From the NCBI GenBank assembly GCA_964550795.1, contig CAZKBH010000020.1:8111-72110 (forward strand): 64,000 bases of DNA, given 5' to 3'. Below, one piece after another: positions 1 through 9,688 of the stretch. Each line of letters starts with the position of its first letter. Positions within the stretch are counted from its first letter, which is position 1. The notes under the pieces are model-generated. The model did no database searches, was not told the origin of the DNA, and was given only the letters and a program-made list of their open reading frames with translations. Position numbers and translations under genes: made by a program. The DNA comes from an uncultured Saprospiraceae bacterium. Lineage in GTDB: Bacteria; Bacteroidota; Bacteroidia; Chitinophagales; Saprospiraceae.

Positions 1-1530
1 TTGGGTTGGGACAATGCCGAACAAATCCGCCAACTCGATGAAGAACTTCGCCAACTGCAAGGCGAGATCCAACGCTTGCAGGAACGTACACAAACCATTG
101 AAAATGAAATCAGCCAATTGAATGGAAAATTAGCCAATACGCAGCGTTTGGCCGATTTTCCAGACTTTAAAACCATTGATTTTGACAATATTCAACTCCA
201 AATTGAAGAGCTGACCAAGTATATTGAAAAATTGAGCCAGGCATCCTCGCAGATAAAAGTGCTGGAGCAACAGTTGCGACAGGTGGAAGGCAAGATCAAA
301 ACCGCCGAGTCGCGCAAAAGTGAATGGCTGCGTTCTGAAGGCCAGATGAATACCCAACTCGGCCAACTCCGTACCAAACTGGATTTCAAAAAAACAGATG
401 CCGCCGAATACGAGGCGCATCCAATCCAAACTCCGCATTTTGAGGCATTTCTGAACAGCGTACCCGATTTGGACCTTCCAACGATAGACAAAACGGAGCA
501 GATTCAAAAAAGTCAATTGGCCGAAAAAATCAGGGCCGCACAAAAAGTCGAATTCGACCTCCGCATGGAATCCGAGCGCCTGATGAAGGATTTTAAGCAG
601 CCCACCAAGGCACTGCTCGACCAATTTCCTTCCTGGCCCAACGATACCGACGAATTGGGCAACCCAACCATCGAAAACATCGGCGATTACCTCAGCCTGC
701 TCGAACGCATCCAATCCAACCAATTACCCGAACTCCGCGAGCGCTACCAGGCACGCGCCAGCAAAGACATCGGCAATGCCATGCAAGCCTTTCAGCGGCG
801 TCTGGAGGACCAACTCATCGACCACCGCGACAATATCCGCAACATCAACCAGTCACTGCGCGCCCTGTCGTACTCGCACGACACGTATTTGCAAGTGGTG
901 ACCGAGGAAAACCAACGCAGAAGCCGAATTGGTGAATTTTTTCAATTGCTCCAATCTTGGGACTACGACCGCGCTGCTTTTTTGGCCGCTTCAGGGCCTG
1001 AAAAATTGGAGATTTGGAAAGAAACCGTACGAAAAATTGGAGATATTATCCGGCGTTTGGAAGACAATGACCTATGGCGCAAGGAAGTTACCGATGTGCG
1101 CAATTGGCTCAATTTCAAAACCCAGCAGTATTACAGCACTAATAACGAGGTAGTGCGTGGTACTTTACTAGACAGCACAGGCGGCAAATCGGGTGGGGAA
1201 CAAGCCAAAATCACCTATACCATACTTGCGGCAGCCCTTACTTACCAGTTCAACATCAGTGCCGACGAGCGCAATGCCCGCTCCTTCCGCTTTATCGTGG
1301 TGGACGAAGCATTTAGCAAATTGGATCCTGAAAACAGCGCTTATTTGCTCGATTTATTGACCGCCCTCAAATTTCAAATGCTCATTATCACGCCAAATAC
1401 TGGCATCGCGACAGGCGAAAAATACATGAGCCATTTGATTTTTGTAAAAAAGGAATCGGAATCGCCGCCCCGATCCGTAGCCTACTGTTATTCGATCAAA
1501 GAGGTGAAAAAATTCATGGTAGCTCAATGA
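1..1530 (+). CDS. jetC: SMC/ABC-type ATPase, C-terminal part (JetC-like, Wadjet); 5' end lies outside the window
   Basis: Long coiled-coil-like region is followed by the ABC signature-like 'GGKSGGEQ' and Walker B/D-loop 'FRFIVVDEAFSKLD'. The stop overlaps (ATGA, 1527-1530) the start of a JetD-like gene. Confidence 0.6.
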   Translation: MGWDNAEQIRQLDEELRQLQGEIQRLQERTQTIENEISQLNGKLANTQRLADFPDFKTIDFDNIQLQIEELTKYIEKLSQASSQIKVLEQQLRQVEGKIKTAESRKSEWLRSEGQMNTQLGQLRTKLDFKKTDAAEYEAHPIQTPHFEAFLNSVPDLDLPTIDKTEQIQKSQLAEKIRAAQKVEFDLRMESERLMKDFKQPTKALLDQFPSWPNDTDELGNPTIENIGDYLSLLERIQSNQLPELRERYQARASKDIGNAMQAFQRRLEDQLIDHRDNIRNINQSLRALSYSHDTYLQVVTEENQRRSRIGEFFQLLQSWDYDRAAFLAASGPEKLEIWKETVRKIGDIIRRLEDNDLWRKEVTDVRNWLNFKTQQYYSTNNEVVRGTLLDSTGGKSGGEQAKITYTILAAALTYQFNISADERNARSFRFIVVDEAFSKLDPENSAYLLDLLTALKFQMLIITPNTGIATGEKYMSHLIFVKKESESPPRSVAYCYSIKEVKKFMVAQ

Positions 1531-2654
1531 TTACGACAGCAGATATTCGCAAAAGGGCAGAGGCTCATTATCGCCAATGGTTGACGGCTATTGCCCAAGG
1601 GAATCCTGCGTATGAACCGCTTACGATCAAGCGCACTGGCGACCAAAAAAAGGCAGAGGAACGTTGGGAGGCCTTGAGTGAACTCGTCAATCAAAGCAAG
1701 GAAAAAACGGGATTGGGCTATCGAATTGAGCTGGAAGCGCCCCCGCCCAACAGCAAAAACAAACAAAGCCGCCTTCGGGCTATTGTATTTGACACCGCAG
1801 GCGATTTGCTTCAGTTTATCGAAAAAACGCCCGAATTAGACAATTTTAAACGCAATTTCGCCCTGATTAACGGAACACCCGAACTTGCATCCTGGTGCGC
1901 TGCACATGTCCGCGAGGTTGTGCAATACGATGCGGTTTGGCCCCAATTGCTCGCCGTGGTACGTTTCTTTCAGGAAGATCCAGCACCTGCGCTGCCCATT
2001 CGTTTATTGCCCATCGAAGGGGTTGACACCAAGTTTATTGAGCAATACAATGGCGTTTTGTGTCAATTGTTAGATAATATCCTGCCTAAAGCGGCCATTT
2101 ATACCGCACATAAAAATTTTTCAAAGCGATACGGGTTGCCGGAACAAGCACCGCTCGTGGAGTGCGCCTGGAACGACCCGACCCTAGTAGCGCAGTACGG
2201 TGGATTCAATCGCCTTGCGTTTCCGGCAGACCAGTTGGGGCAAATTCCGCTTGCTGCTTCGCGTATTTTAGTGGTCGAAAACAAAAATAGTATGCTTCAG
2301 GCACTACAAGAGCCTTTTTCTGATGGCATGGTCATTTTCGGCGGCGGTTATGGAATATCGCTGCTCAAAGACTGCCAATGGCTGCATCAAAAAGTCCTTT
2401 ACTATTGGGGCGATCTGGACGCCCATGGATTGGCCATCTTGAGCCGCTTTCGCGACTTTTTTCCGAATATTCGAGCCCTGATGATGGATGAAACGACTTT
2501 TGAAGCCTACCCGCATGCGTGGGTGGAGGGCAAGCCTTACTATGGCGCAGTTCCAGAAAATTTGAGTGCCGAAGAACGGCAATTATTCGAGCGACTCAAC
2601 AGCAAATTGCTCCGATTGGAGCAAGAAAGAGTGCAATATCGGATGCGTCACTAG
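1527..2654 (+). CDS. jetD: JetD-like protein (DUF3322 + DUF2220/Toprim-like domain) of a Wadjet/MksBEFG-type system
   Basis: The C-terminal motifs 'VVENKNS' and 'YWGDLDAHGLAILSRFR' are typical of the Toprim-like DUF2220 domain. The gene is translationally coupled to the upstream SMC-like ATPase. Confidence 0.6.
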   Translation: MITTADIRKRAEAHYRQWLTAIAQGNPAYEPLTIKRTGDQKKAEERWEALSELVNQSKEKTGLGYRIELEAPPPNSKNKQSRLRAIVFDTAGDLLQFIEKTPELDNFKRNFALINGTPELASWCAAHVREVVQYDAVWPQLLAVVRFFQEDPAPALPIRLLPIEGVDTKFIEQYNGVLCQLLDNILPKAAIYTAHKNFSKRYGLPEQAPLVECAWNDPTLVAQYGGFNRLAFPADQLGQIPLAASRILVVENKNSMLQALQEPFSDGMVIFGGGYGISLLKDCQWLHQKVLYYWGDLDAHGLAILSRFRDFFPNIRALMMDETTFEAYPHAWVEGKPYYGAVPENLSAEERQLFERLNSKLLRLEQERVQYRMRH

Positions 2655-2715
2655 AATTTTCTCGCTTTTGATTCCAACTAAATTCCTGAACACGCTCTTA
2701 ATTACATATTTTGCA

Positions 2716-2742
2716 TCAAGCTAACCGAGATGGTTAGCTTGA
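2716..2742. promoter_or_regulatory. Perfect 11-bp stem / 5-nt loop hairpin between jetD and kaiC
   Basis: tcaagctaacc-gagat-ggttagcttga, with no following T-run. It could be a jetD transcript end or an operator upstream of kaiC. Confidence 0.3.
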
Positions 2743-2866
2743 CACAACTAGTAAATGTAGAACAAATATGTTTTCACCCAATAAGGGCTATTTAGAGGAA
2801 GGTGACGGCCCGGGTTAGACACCAAAAAGAAATCCGTTTGGTGAAACTTAACAGTATCTTTATGGA

Positions 2867-4318
2867 ATGAAACCAAGCATACAAACCAATTTAACCAAAA
2901 CCCCTACTGGCATTGCTGGATTAGACGAAGTGACAGGAGGTGGTTTTCCGAAAGGCAGACCAACATTGCTGTGTGGCAGCGCAGGTTGCGGTAAAACCTT
3001 GTTCGGCATTCAGTTTCTTACCAGTGGCATTACAGCCTACAACGAGCCGGGAGTGTTCATGAGTTTTGAAGAAACCAAAGGCGATTTGGTAGCGAATGTA
3101 AAATCACTTGGCATTGATTTAGAAGAAATGATTGCCAACAACAAACTCCGCATTGACCATGTGAGAGTGGAACGATCCGAAATTGAAGAAACAGGCGAGT
3201 ATGATTTGGAGGGATTATTCATCCGCCTCAACTATGCCATAGAGAGTATTGGTGCCAAGCGAGTGGTGCTCGATACCATTGAATCCCTTTTTAGCGGCAT
3301 TACCAACACCGCTGTGTTGCGCTCAGAAATTCGCAGATTATTTAGCTGGCTGAAAGAAAAAGGCATTACAGCAGTTATTACAGGGGAACGTGGCGATAAA
3401 ACTTTTACCCGCCAGGGTTTGGAGGAATATGTTTCAGATTGTGTAATCCTGCTTGATTTCCGCGTGATTGACCAGATAGCCACCCGGAGGTTACGCATTG
3501 TAAAATACCGCGGCAGTACACACGGCACCAATGAATATCCTTTTCTGATTGACGAAAAAGGGATTTCTGTTTTACCCATTACTTCGCTTAAACTGAATCA
3601 TCAGATTTCTGATGAAATCATCTCAACCGGTCTGCCTTCCCTGGACAAACTGTTTGTGAAAGGTGGCATTTACCGGGGTAGCAGTACGCTCCTAACCGGC
3701 TCGGCAGGCACAGCCAAAACAATTTTGGCTTCTTACTTTGCAGCGGAAAGTTGTAAGCGAAAGGAGAATACCATTTATTTTTCTTTTGAAGAATCGCCTG
3801 AACAATTAATACGCAATATGGCCTCGGTTGGCATTGACCTAAAGGCCTATATCAACTCAAAAAAGCTAATCATCCATTCTTCCCGCCCTTCTTTGTTAGG
3901 TTTGGAAATGCACCTGCTTGTATTACACCGGCTCATTGAAGAACATAAACCACAAACTATCATTGTTGACCCTATCAGCAGTTTAGTCACTGTTGGTAAT
4001 ACTGGCGAAGTACAGGAGATGCTCATTCGCCTGATGGATGTGCTTAAAAAAAATCTCATCAACGCATACTTTACCTCGCTTACCCATCAGAGCAGCGCCG
4101 CGCATGATATTACGATTGATTCCATTTCTTCTCTGGCAGACATTTGGATACAGGTAAACAACGAAGTGGAAAACGACAATCACGTGCGCGCTCTTCGCAT
4201 TGTAAAGGCCCGAGGTATGGGGCATCAAACAACCGTACAGCATTTTATCATCACCCATCAAGGCATCCAAATGCTCCATGTTGAAAATAAAAAACCTTCA
4301 AAGGACACCGCAGGATAA
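2867..4318 (+). CDS. kaiC: KaiC-family double-domain ATPase/autokinase
   Basis: N-terminus '[21 protein letters not shown]'. There are two RecA-like halves with Walker A 'GSAGCGKT' (CI) and 'GSAGTAKT' (CII). '[13 protein letters not shown]' aligns with the cyanobacterial phosphosite segment 'HISTITDTIILL'. Confidence 0.9.
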   Translation: MKPSIQTNLTKTPTGIAGLDEVTGGGFPKGRPTLLCGSAGCGKTLFGIQFLTSGITAYNEPGVFMSFEETKGDLVANVKSLGIDLEEMIANNKLRIDHVRVERSEIEETGEYDLEGLFIRLNYAIESIGAKRVVLDTIESLFSGITNTAVLRSEIRRLFSWLKEKGITAVITGERGDKTFTRQGLEEYVSDCVILLDFRVIDQIATRRLRIVKYRGSTHGTNEYPFLIDEKGISVLPITSLKLNHQISDEIISTGLPSLDKLFVKGGIYRGSSTLLTGSAGTAKTILASYFAAESCKRKENTIYFSFEESPEQLIRNMASVGIDLKAYINSKKLIIHSSRPSLLGLEMHLLVLHRLIEEHKPQTIIVDPISSLVTVGNTGEVQEMLIRLMDVLKKNLINAYFTSLTHQSSAAHDITIDSISSLADIWIQVNNEVENDNHVRALRIVKARGMGHQTTVQHFIITHQGIQMLHVENKKPSKDTAG

Positions 4319-4362
4319 TAGTCATCAAAATAATAAGCATCACCGTACAACCTAAATTTTTT

Positions 4363-4665
4363 ATGGCACAGCAGGAAAAAATTGAATTGAGATTATACGT
4401 AGCAGGGCAAACATTGAAGTCGGTAACCGCCCTGGAAAATATTACCAGGTACTGCAATGAAAACTTAGATGGAAAATATTCCATTGAAGTAATTGACCTC
4501 TTAAAAAATCCGCAGCTTGCTGAAGGAGATCAAATATTTGCAATCCCGACCTTAGTGAGAAAAGTGCCCGAGCCTATCCGCAAAATAATTGGCGACCTTA
4601 GTAACGAAGAAAAGGTTTTAGTGGGATTGAACATCGTAAAGGTAAAAGTAGAAGAACAGTCATGA
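4363..4665 (+). CDS. kaiB: KaiB (thioredoxin-like clock protein)
   Basis: '[12 protein letters not shown]', '[46 protein letters not shown]' closely matches canonical KaiB. Confidence 0.9.
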   Translation: MAQQEKIELRLYVAGQTLKSVTALENITRYCNENLDGKYSIEVIDLLKNPQLAEGDQIFAIPTLVRKVPEPIRKIIGDLSNEEKVLVGLNIVKVKVEEQS

Positions 4666-4967
4666 AAATAAATAAAATACAACATATTCCCGAAGGGAAA
4701 CTACTCCTCCAACTCTATGTGGCAGGAATGTCGGCAAAATCAATGGAAGCCATTGAAAATATAAAACAACTGTGCGATGAATACCTGCAAGGCGCATTTG
4801 AACTGGAAATCATTGATTTGTACAAAAATCCGGAGGCAGCAAGCGAGCAACAAATACTTTTTAGTCCATCTTTAATCAAAACGTTTCCCTTGCCGAGAAA
4901 AATGCTCATCGGCACTTTTTCGGCCACTGAAAAAGTTGTCAAAGCATTAGGCATAACCATAAAATAA
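4662..4967 (+). CDS. Second, divergent KaiB-like protein
   Basis: '[19 protein letters not shown]', '[43 protein letters not shown]'. There is a 4-bp ATGA overlap with kaiB. Confidence 0.75.
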   Translation: MKINKIQHIPEGKLLLQLYVAGMSAKSMEAIENIKQLCDEYLQGAFELEIIDLYKNPEAASEQQILFSPSLIKTFPLPRKMLIGTFSATEKVVKALGITIK

Positions 4968-4968
4968 T

Positions 4969-7900
4969 ATGGAAACCCAAACACCTGCAATGCTTTTGTC
5001 TCAGATAGAAGCATTGCAAAATCGCCTCGCTGAATCGGAACAACTCATAGAGGCCATAAAGGCGGGTGAAGTGGATGCTTTTGCGATCACGACCAACAAC
5101 AAAGCCGAAGTATTCACCTTACAAAGTGGGGACTATGCGTATCGGGTGCTAATAGAAAATCTCAGTGAAGGTGCCCTGAATCTATCTGAAAATGGATTAA
5201 TTGTTTATACGAATATCGCTTTCTATGAAACCCTTAAACTCCCCTATGAAAAAGTTATCGGACAAAATATTATTCAATTTATACATCCTGACTCAGTAGA
5301 AACGTTCCAAAAACTTTTCAAAAAAGGATTAGCTGGACAAAGCAAAGGCGAAATAAATTTAATTGTCGAGAAAAAGTCCTGTCCGGTATATATTTCACTC
5401 ACCTCGCTTTCTCCTGCATTGCCCACCGTGGGCGTGATTGTAAGCAACCTTACCGAGAAAAAACAAGCCTTGAAAGAGCTTGAAGTGAAAAAGAGCTTAC
5501 AAAATATTTTTCAGAATGTTCCTGCGGCCACTGCTGTTTTTACAGGACCTAAACACAAACTTATTTTAGCAAACAAGGCTTACGAAAAATTATTCAATCG
5601 CAAAGCGAAAGATTTACTCGGCAAAAACATTCGTGAAGTTTTCCCTGAACTAATAGAGACAGGCGCTTTTGACCTGGTTGACTATGTTTTTAGAACGGGA
5701 GAATCATTTTATGCCCCTGAATATGCCTCAACCGTAAATCTCAACAATGGAGATGAGCGGCAGGGTTATTTTAATTTTTCTATGGAGCCATTGAAAAATG
5801 ATTCAGGAGAAATTTATGCAGTGATTGCGATGATTTATCCAATTACAGAGCAGGTGTATGGAAGAAAAAAGGTGGAAGAAAACGAGAAGCAGAAGGTGTT
5901 CCTGTTGAAGCTCAGCGATGTACTTCGTCCGCTCAGCGACCCGGTGGAGATTGAAGGAGCTGCTACCAAAATATCCTTGGATTTTATGGGCGCGGACAGG
6001 TGTTACTACAGTACCTTAGAAGAAGGGAATGCTATTGTGTTGCGTGATACTTTTCGGGAGGGTTTGACTTCCCTTTCCGGGGTTTATCCCATCAGCAATT
6101 TCCCCCTTTTTAAAGCCGTAATAGATGCAGGGCGTCCTTTTATAGTGGATGATGTGTACACCTCTGATATCATAGAAGAAGGGTTAAGACAGATTTGCGT
6201 GGAGGTGCAAGTAATTTCAATGATCAATGTACCAGTCATTAAAAACGGCAAATCGGTTGGCGTACTATCCCTTGTGCAAAGTAAGCCCAGGACATGGACA
6301 GGGGCAGAGGTGCAATTAACCATAGAAACAGCTGAGCGCACCTGGGCTGCAATAGAAAGAGCTAAAGTCGGAGAAGCCCTGCGCAAATCAGAAGAAAAGT
6401 ATCGCACTCTTTTCACGTCCATGGATCAGGGCTTTACCCTCTGCGAGCTGATTCGCGACAAAGAAGGTAAAGGAATTGACTTTTATATACTGGAGGTGAA
6501 TCCAACCTATGAAATACAGACAGGCGTAAGCAAAGAAATGGTAGTTGGAAAACCCCTCTTGGAGGTTTTTCCTTCACTCGACAAATTGATAGAAACCTAT
6601 GCTGCCGTGGTGGATAATCAGCACCCGGTCGAATTTGAGCAATACTTTGAAGACACGGACCGCTGGTTTGCAATCAAAGCTTATCCTGTTGAGAAGGAAC
6701 GGTTTGCCGTTTTGTTCAGCAATATCACCGAACGCAAACAAGCGGAAGAAATAATAAAAGAGAGCGAAAGTCGCTTTCGGGGTATGGCGGATGCCTCACC
6801 GGTGCTAATCTGGACCCTTGATGCGCTCGGGGGGGCGTCCTATTATAACAAAACGTTTCTTGATTTTATTGGGGCTTCCAAGGATGAGGATATCTCTGAC
6901 TGGGAAAAAATTGTTCATCCCGATGATTTCCAAGCTATGTTTGAGGCAATAAATAGGTCCATTGCAAAAAAAAGTGCTTACGCATCAGAACTCCGCCTGT
7001 TAAGAGCCGATGGGCAGTGGCGCTGGGTGATGGCGCAAGGTAGTCCACGCTTGGATACTAACAATGAGTTTCTGGGTTTTGTTGGTTCCTCTGTTGACAT
7101 TACCGAACGCAAACAGTTTGAATCTGAATTGATGGAAGCAAAGACAGCTGCAGAAAATGCCGCCAAGTCCCGGCAACAGTTTTTATCTAACATGAGCCAT
7201 GAAATCCGAACACCTTTGAATTCTATCTTAGGATTTACCAATGTGTTATTTAAAACTGAACTAGGCAAAGAACAAAAAGAATATGTACAAGCCATAAAAA
7301 CAAGTGGCAAGTCTTTAAACCTGCTCATCAACGACATACTTGATTTAGCAAAAGTGGATGCAGGTAAAATGACATTTGAAAAGCAGCCTTTTGAAATGCA
7401 AAAATCAGTATCTTCAATATTACATTCTTTCGATTTAAAATTAAAAGAAAAGAATTTAGTACTTGTAGAAGAATACGACAGCAAAATTCCATCTATGTTG
7501 TTGGGAGATTCGGTTAGATTAAATCAGATTCTTTTTAATCTTGTTGGAAACGCCATAAAATTTACCCACAAAGGAGAAATTATCTTAAAGGTGAAAGTAC
7601 TGTTCGAAGACGAAGAGGATGTGATCATTGAACTTACCGTTACCGATTCAGGAATTGGAATCCCCGCTGACAAATTAAACTCAATTTTTAATCTTTTTGA
7701 ACAGGCTGAACTTAGCACATCCACTTCTTATGGCGGAACAGGATTAGGGCTTGCTATTGTTAAAAAATTAGTGGAAGAACAAGGTGGGACTATCAGCGTA
7801 CAAAGTAAACCCGGGGAAGGTTCAACATTTAGTTTGGTCCTGCCGTTTGGAAAAACAGATATAACATCAGCACAAGAAATAGAGATGCCCACGCTGAAAG

Positions 7901-8280
7901 CAGAAAGTCAAAACCTGCGCGTATTGGTAGCCGAAGATGTTGCGCTAAATCAATTATTAATCAAAATTATTTTAAGCGATTTTGGGTTTGAATATGAATT
8001 AGTAGGCAATGGAAAACTAGCCATAGAAAAAATGAAAACCCATACCTTCGACATTATTTTGATGGATTTGCAAATGCCTGAAATGAATGGATATGAGGCA
8101 ACAGAATATATACGCAAAACATTGAAATCTCAAATTCCAATCGTTGCTTTAACGGCAGATGTAACTACAGCAGATGTTTCGAAATGCAAAGAATTTGGAA
8201 TGGACGATTATATTTCAAAGCCCATTTCCGAAAACTTATTGTACAGTAAAATAATGGAGTTGGTACAAAAGAAACGATAG
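4969..8280 (+). CDS. Hybrid sensor histidine kinase / response regulator with multiple PAS and GAF modules
   Basis: H-box 'SHEIRTPLNSILGF'; N/G boxes 'LVGNAIKFT', 'DSGIGI', 'GGTGLGLAIVKKLVE'; C-terminal receiver 'VLVAEDVALNQ...DIILMDLQMPEMNGYE...ALTAD...ISKP'. The gene starts 2 nt after the second kaiB. Confidence 0.9.
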   Translation: METQTPAMLLSQIEALQNRLAESEQLIEAIKAGEVDAFAITTNNKAEVFTLQSGDYAYRVLIENLSEGALNLSENGLIVYTNIAFYETLKLPYEKVIGQNIIQFIHPDSVETFQKLFKKGLAGQSKGEINLIVEKKSCPVYISLTSLSPALPTVGVIVSNLTEKKQALKELEVKKSLQNIFQNVPAATAVFTGPKHKLILANKAYEKLFNRKAKDLLGKNIREVFPELIETGAFDLVDYVFRTGESFYAPEYASTVNLNNGDERQGYFNFSMEPLKNDSGEIYAVIAMIYPITEQVYGRKKVEENEKQKVFLLKLSDVLRPLSDPVEIEGAATKISLDFMGADRCYYSTLEEGNAIVLRDTFREGLTSLSGVYPISNFPLFKAVIDAGRPFIVDDVYTSDIIEEGLRQICVEVQVISMINVPVIKNGKSVGVLSLVQSKPRTWTGAEVQLTIETAERTWAAIERAKVGEALRKSEEKYRTLFTSMDQGFTLCELIRDKEGKGIDFYILEVNPTYEIQTGVSKEMVVGKPLLEVFPSLDKLIETYAAVVDNQHPVEFEQYFEDTDRWFAIKAYPVEKERFAVLFSNITERKQAEEIIKESESRFRGMADASPVLIWTLDALGGASYYNKTFLDFIGASKDEDISDWEKIVHPDDFQAMFEAINRSIAKKSAYASELRLLRADGQWRWVMAQGSPRLDTNNEFLGFVGSSVDITERKQFESELMEAKTAAENAAKSRQQFLSNMSHEIRTPLNSILGFTNVLFKTELGKEQKEYVQAIKTSGKSLNLLINDILDLAKVDAGKMTFEKQPFEMQKSVSSILHSFDLKLKEKNLVLVEEYDSKIPSMLLGDSVRLNQILFNLVGNAIKFTHKGEIILKVKVLFEDEEDVIIELTVTDSGIGIPADKLNSIFNLFEQAELSTSTSYGGTGLGLAIVKKLVEEQGGTISVQSKPGEGSTFSLVLPFGKTDITSAQEIEMPTLKAESQNLRVLVAEDVALNQLLIKIILSDFGFEYELVGNGKLAIEKMKTHTFDIILMDLQMPEMNGYEATEYIRKTLKSQIPIVALTADVTTADVSKCKEFGMDDYISKPISENLLYSKIMELVQKKR

Positions 8281-8337
8281 CGCAGGCGGTTCGGCGCTCT
8301 CGGAGAAACATATCCTCGATATTCATTTATTTACCCA

Positions 8338-8446
8338 TCGCTATCTCATAACTCTTCTGGCTGGTATAACGCCTGCCAACACATCCGTGGCCTCCACTTC
8401 TATGAGATGTTTCCCTGCTGGAAGTTTGCTGGGGACTTTCGCATGA
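8338..8446 (-). pseudogene. Decayed, frameshifted copy of a gene 3' end (paralogous to 11257-11375)
   Basis: About 80% nucleotide identity by eye over about 110 nt to the 3' end of the 11257-11496 ORF, with a 1-nt deletion relative to it. No intact ORF is present. Confidence 0.5.
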
Positions 8447-8823
8447 AACCGAAGCCTCCTACCCGGAAACAACGCTTTTTTGGGTGCAATTCAGACTGTT
8501 CACATTCATTTCAAAGGCAAGTTCAAAATCGACTTCGCGCCTAAATCCAAGTTGGACGTGTTCGTGCGCGGCGACTGGATGACGGATTTCAAGGAGAGGT
8601 TTGGGAAGTATATAACGCCACTCATCCCTTTTTTCCTGGCACTCAGCACCAAACTTTTGTACGCAGTTATACAGCCCGTGCACTTTTGTTTTGTAAAAAA
8701 ACTGACATCAACAAAAGTTATGAGAACGAGATTTTTCTTCGCCCTGCGCGAGCACTACTAGCTGCTCGCAGGACACAAAAGATGGATTACTACATTTTTT
8801 CACACAATAACATTTTTAAGACT

Positions 8824-9516
8824 ATGAAAAACATTCTTTTGATGGCCCTCTGCGGCCTCAGCATCCTTTTGGCCACCTCCTGTGAAAAGGAAGCGGTAAC
8901 AGAAACCTTTTCGTTCAATTTTTCAGAACAGCAGCACGGCTGGGCGGTCGGGTTCGCCGATTACAGCGACGCCTACGAGCAATTGGAATTGGAAGGGAAA
9001 CTTGCTCCGCTGCCCCAACCGCTCAATCCATCGGGCAAAACGATGGGCTTGAAAGTGCAGGGAGACAACCGTCCGGACGACCTTTTCATGTTTGTCAAGC
9101 GCAAGGTGACGGGCTTGCAGCCCCTTCAAAATTATACACTGCGCATGGACATCCGGTTGGCCAGCGACGCACCCAAAGGTCAGATTGGTATCGGCGGCGC
9201 ACCAGGCGAGGCGGTCTTTCTCAAAGCAGGCGCGGTCACCGAAGAGCCTACAGTCAGAAAAAACGCTGCAGGCTACTACACCATCAACATAGACAAAGGC
9301 AACCAAGCACAGGGCGGCAAAGACATGAAAGTGGTTGGCGACGTCGCCAAACCCGATGACAAACCCGGTTACGCCAGTTTGATCCGCCAAATTGATAACC
9401 TCTCTGTAAAAACCAATGCCCAAGGTGAGTGCTGGCTCATTGTCGGCACCGATTCCGGCTACGAAGGCATGACCCGTCTGTATTACCAGACCATTATAGC
9501 GACCTTAAAAGAGTAG
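8824..9516 (+). CDS. Hypothetical lipoprotein
   Basis: An internal ATG gives 'MKNILLMALCGLSILLATSC', a lipobox-type signal. The longer upstream extension of the ORF is unlikely to be translated. Confidence 0.6.
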   Translation: MKNILLMALCGLSILLATSCEKEAVTETFSFNFSEQQHGWAVGFADYSDAYEQLELEGKLAPLPQPLNPSGKTMGLKVQGDNRPDDLFMFVKRKVTGLQPLQNYTLRMDIRLASDAPKGQIGIGGAPGEAVFLKAGAVTEEPTVRKNAAGYYTINIDKGNQAQGGKDMKVVGDVAKPDDKPGYASLIRQIDNLSVKTNAQGECWLIVGTDSGYEGMTRLYYQTIIATLKE

Positions 9517-9688
9517 CCATAACCCGCTCGTGTTTTCATGTGACCGCCGGGCGTTCAGCTCGGCGGTTTTCCCCTGTACGCCCCGGGATTACCCAACTTA
9601 TACGAGGTCAACCCCACCAAAGTAGATTTGGCTGCATTTCGCTCCAATTGAATGTTTTTTTGTACTTTTGTTACAAATTGTTTCGCAA

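Noticed and set aside
130-723. Minus-strand ORFs of 197 and 99 codons
   Set aside because: They are antisense to the coiled-coil region of the JetC-like gene. Biased coiled-coil codon usage keeps the opposite frames open.
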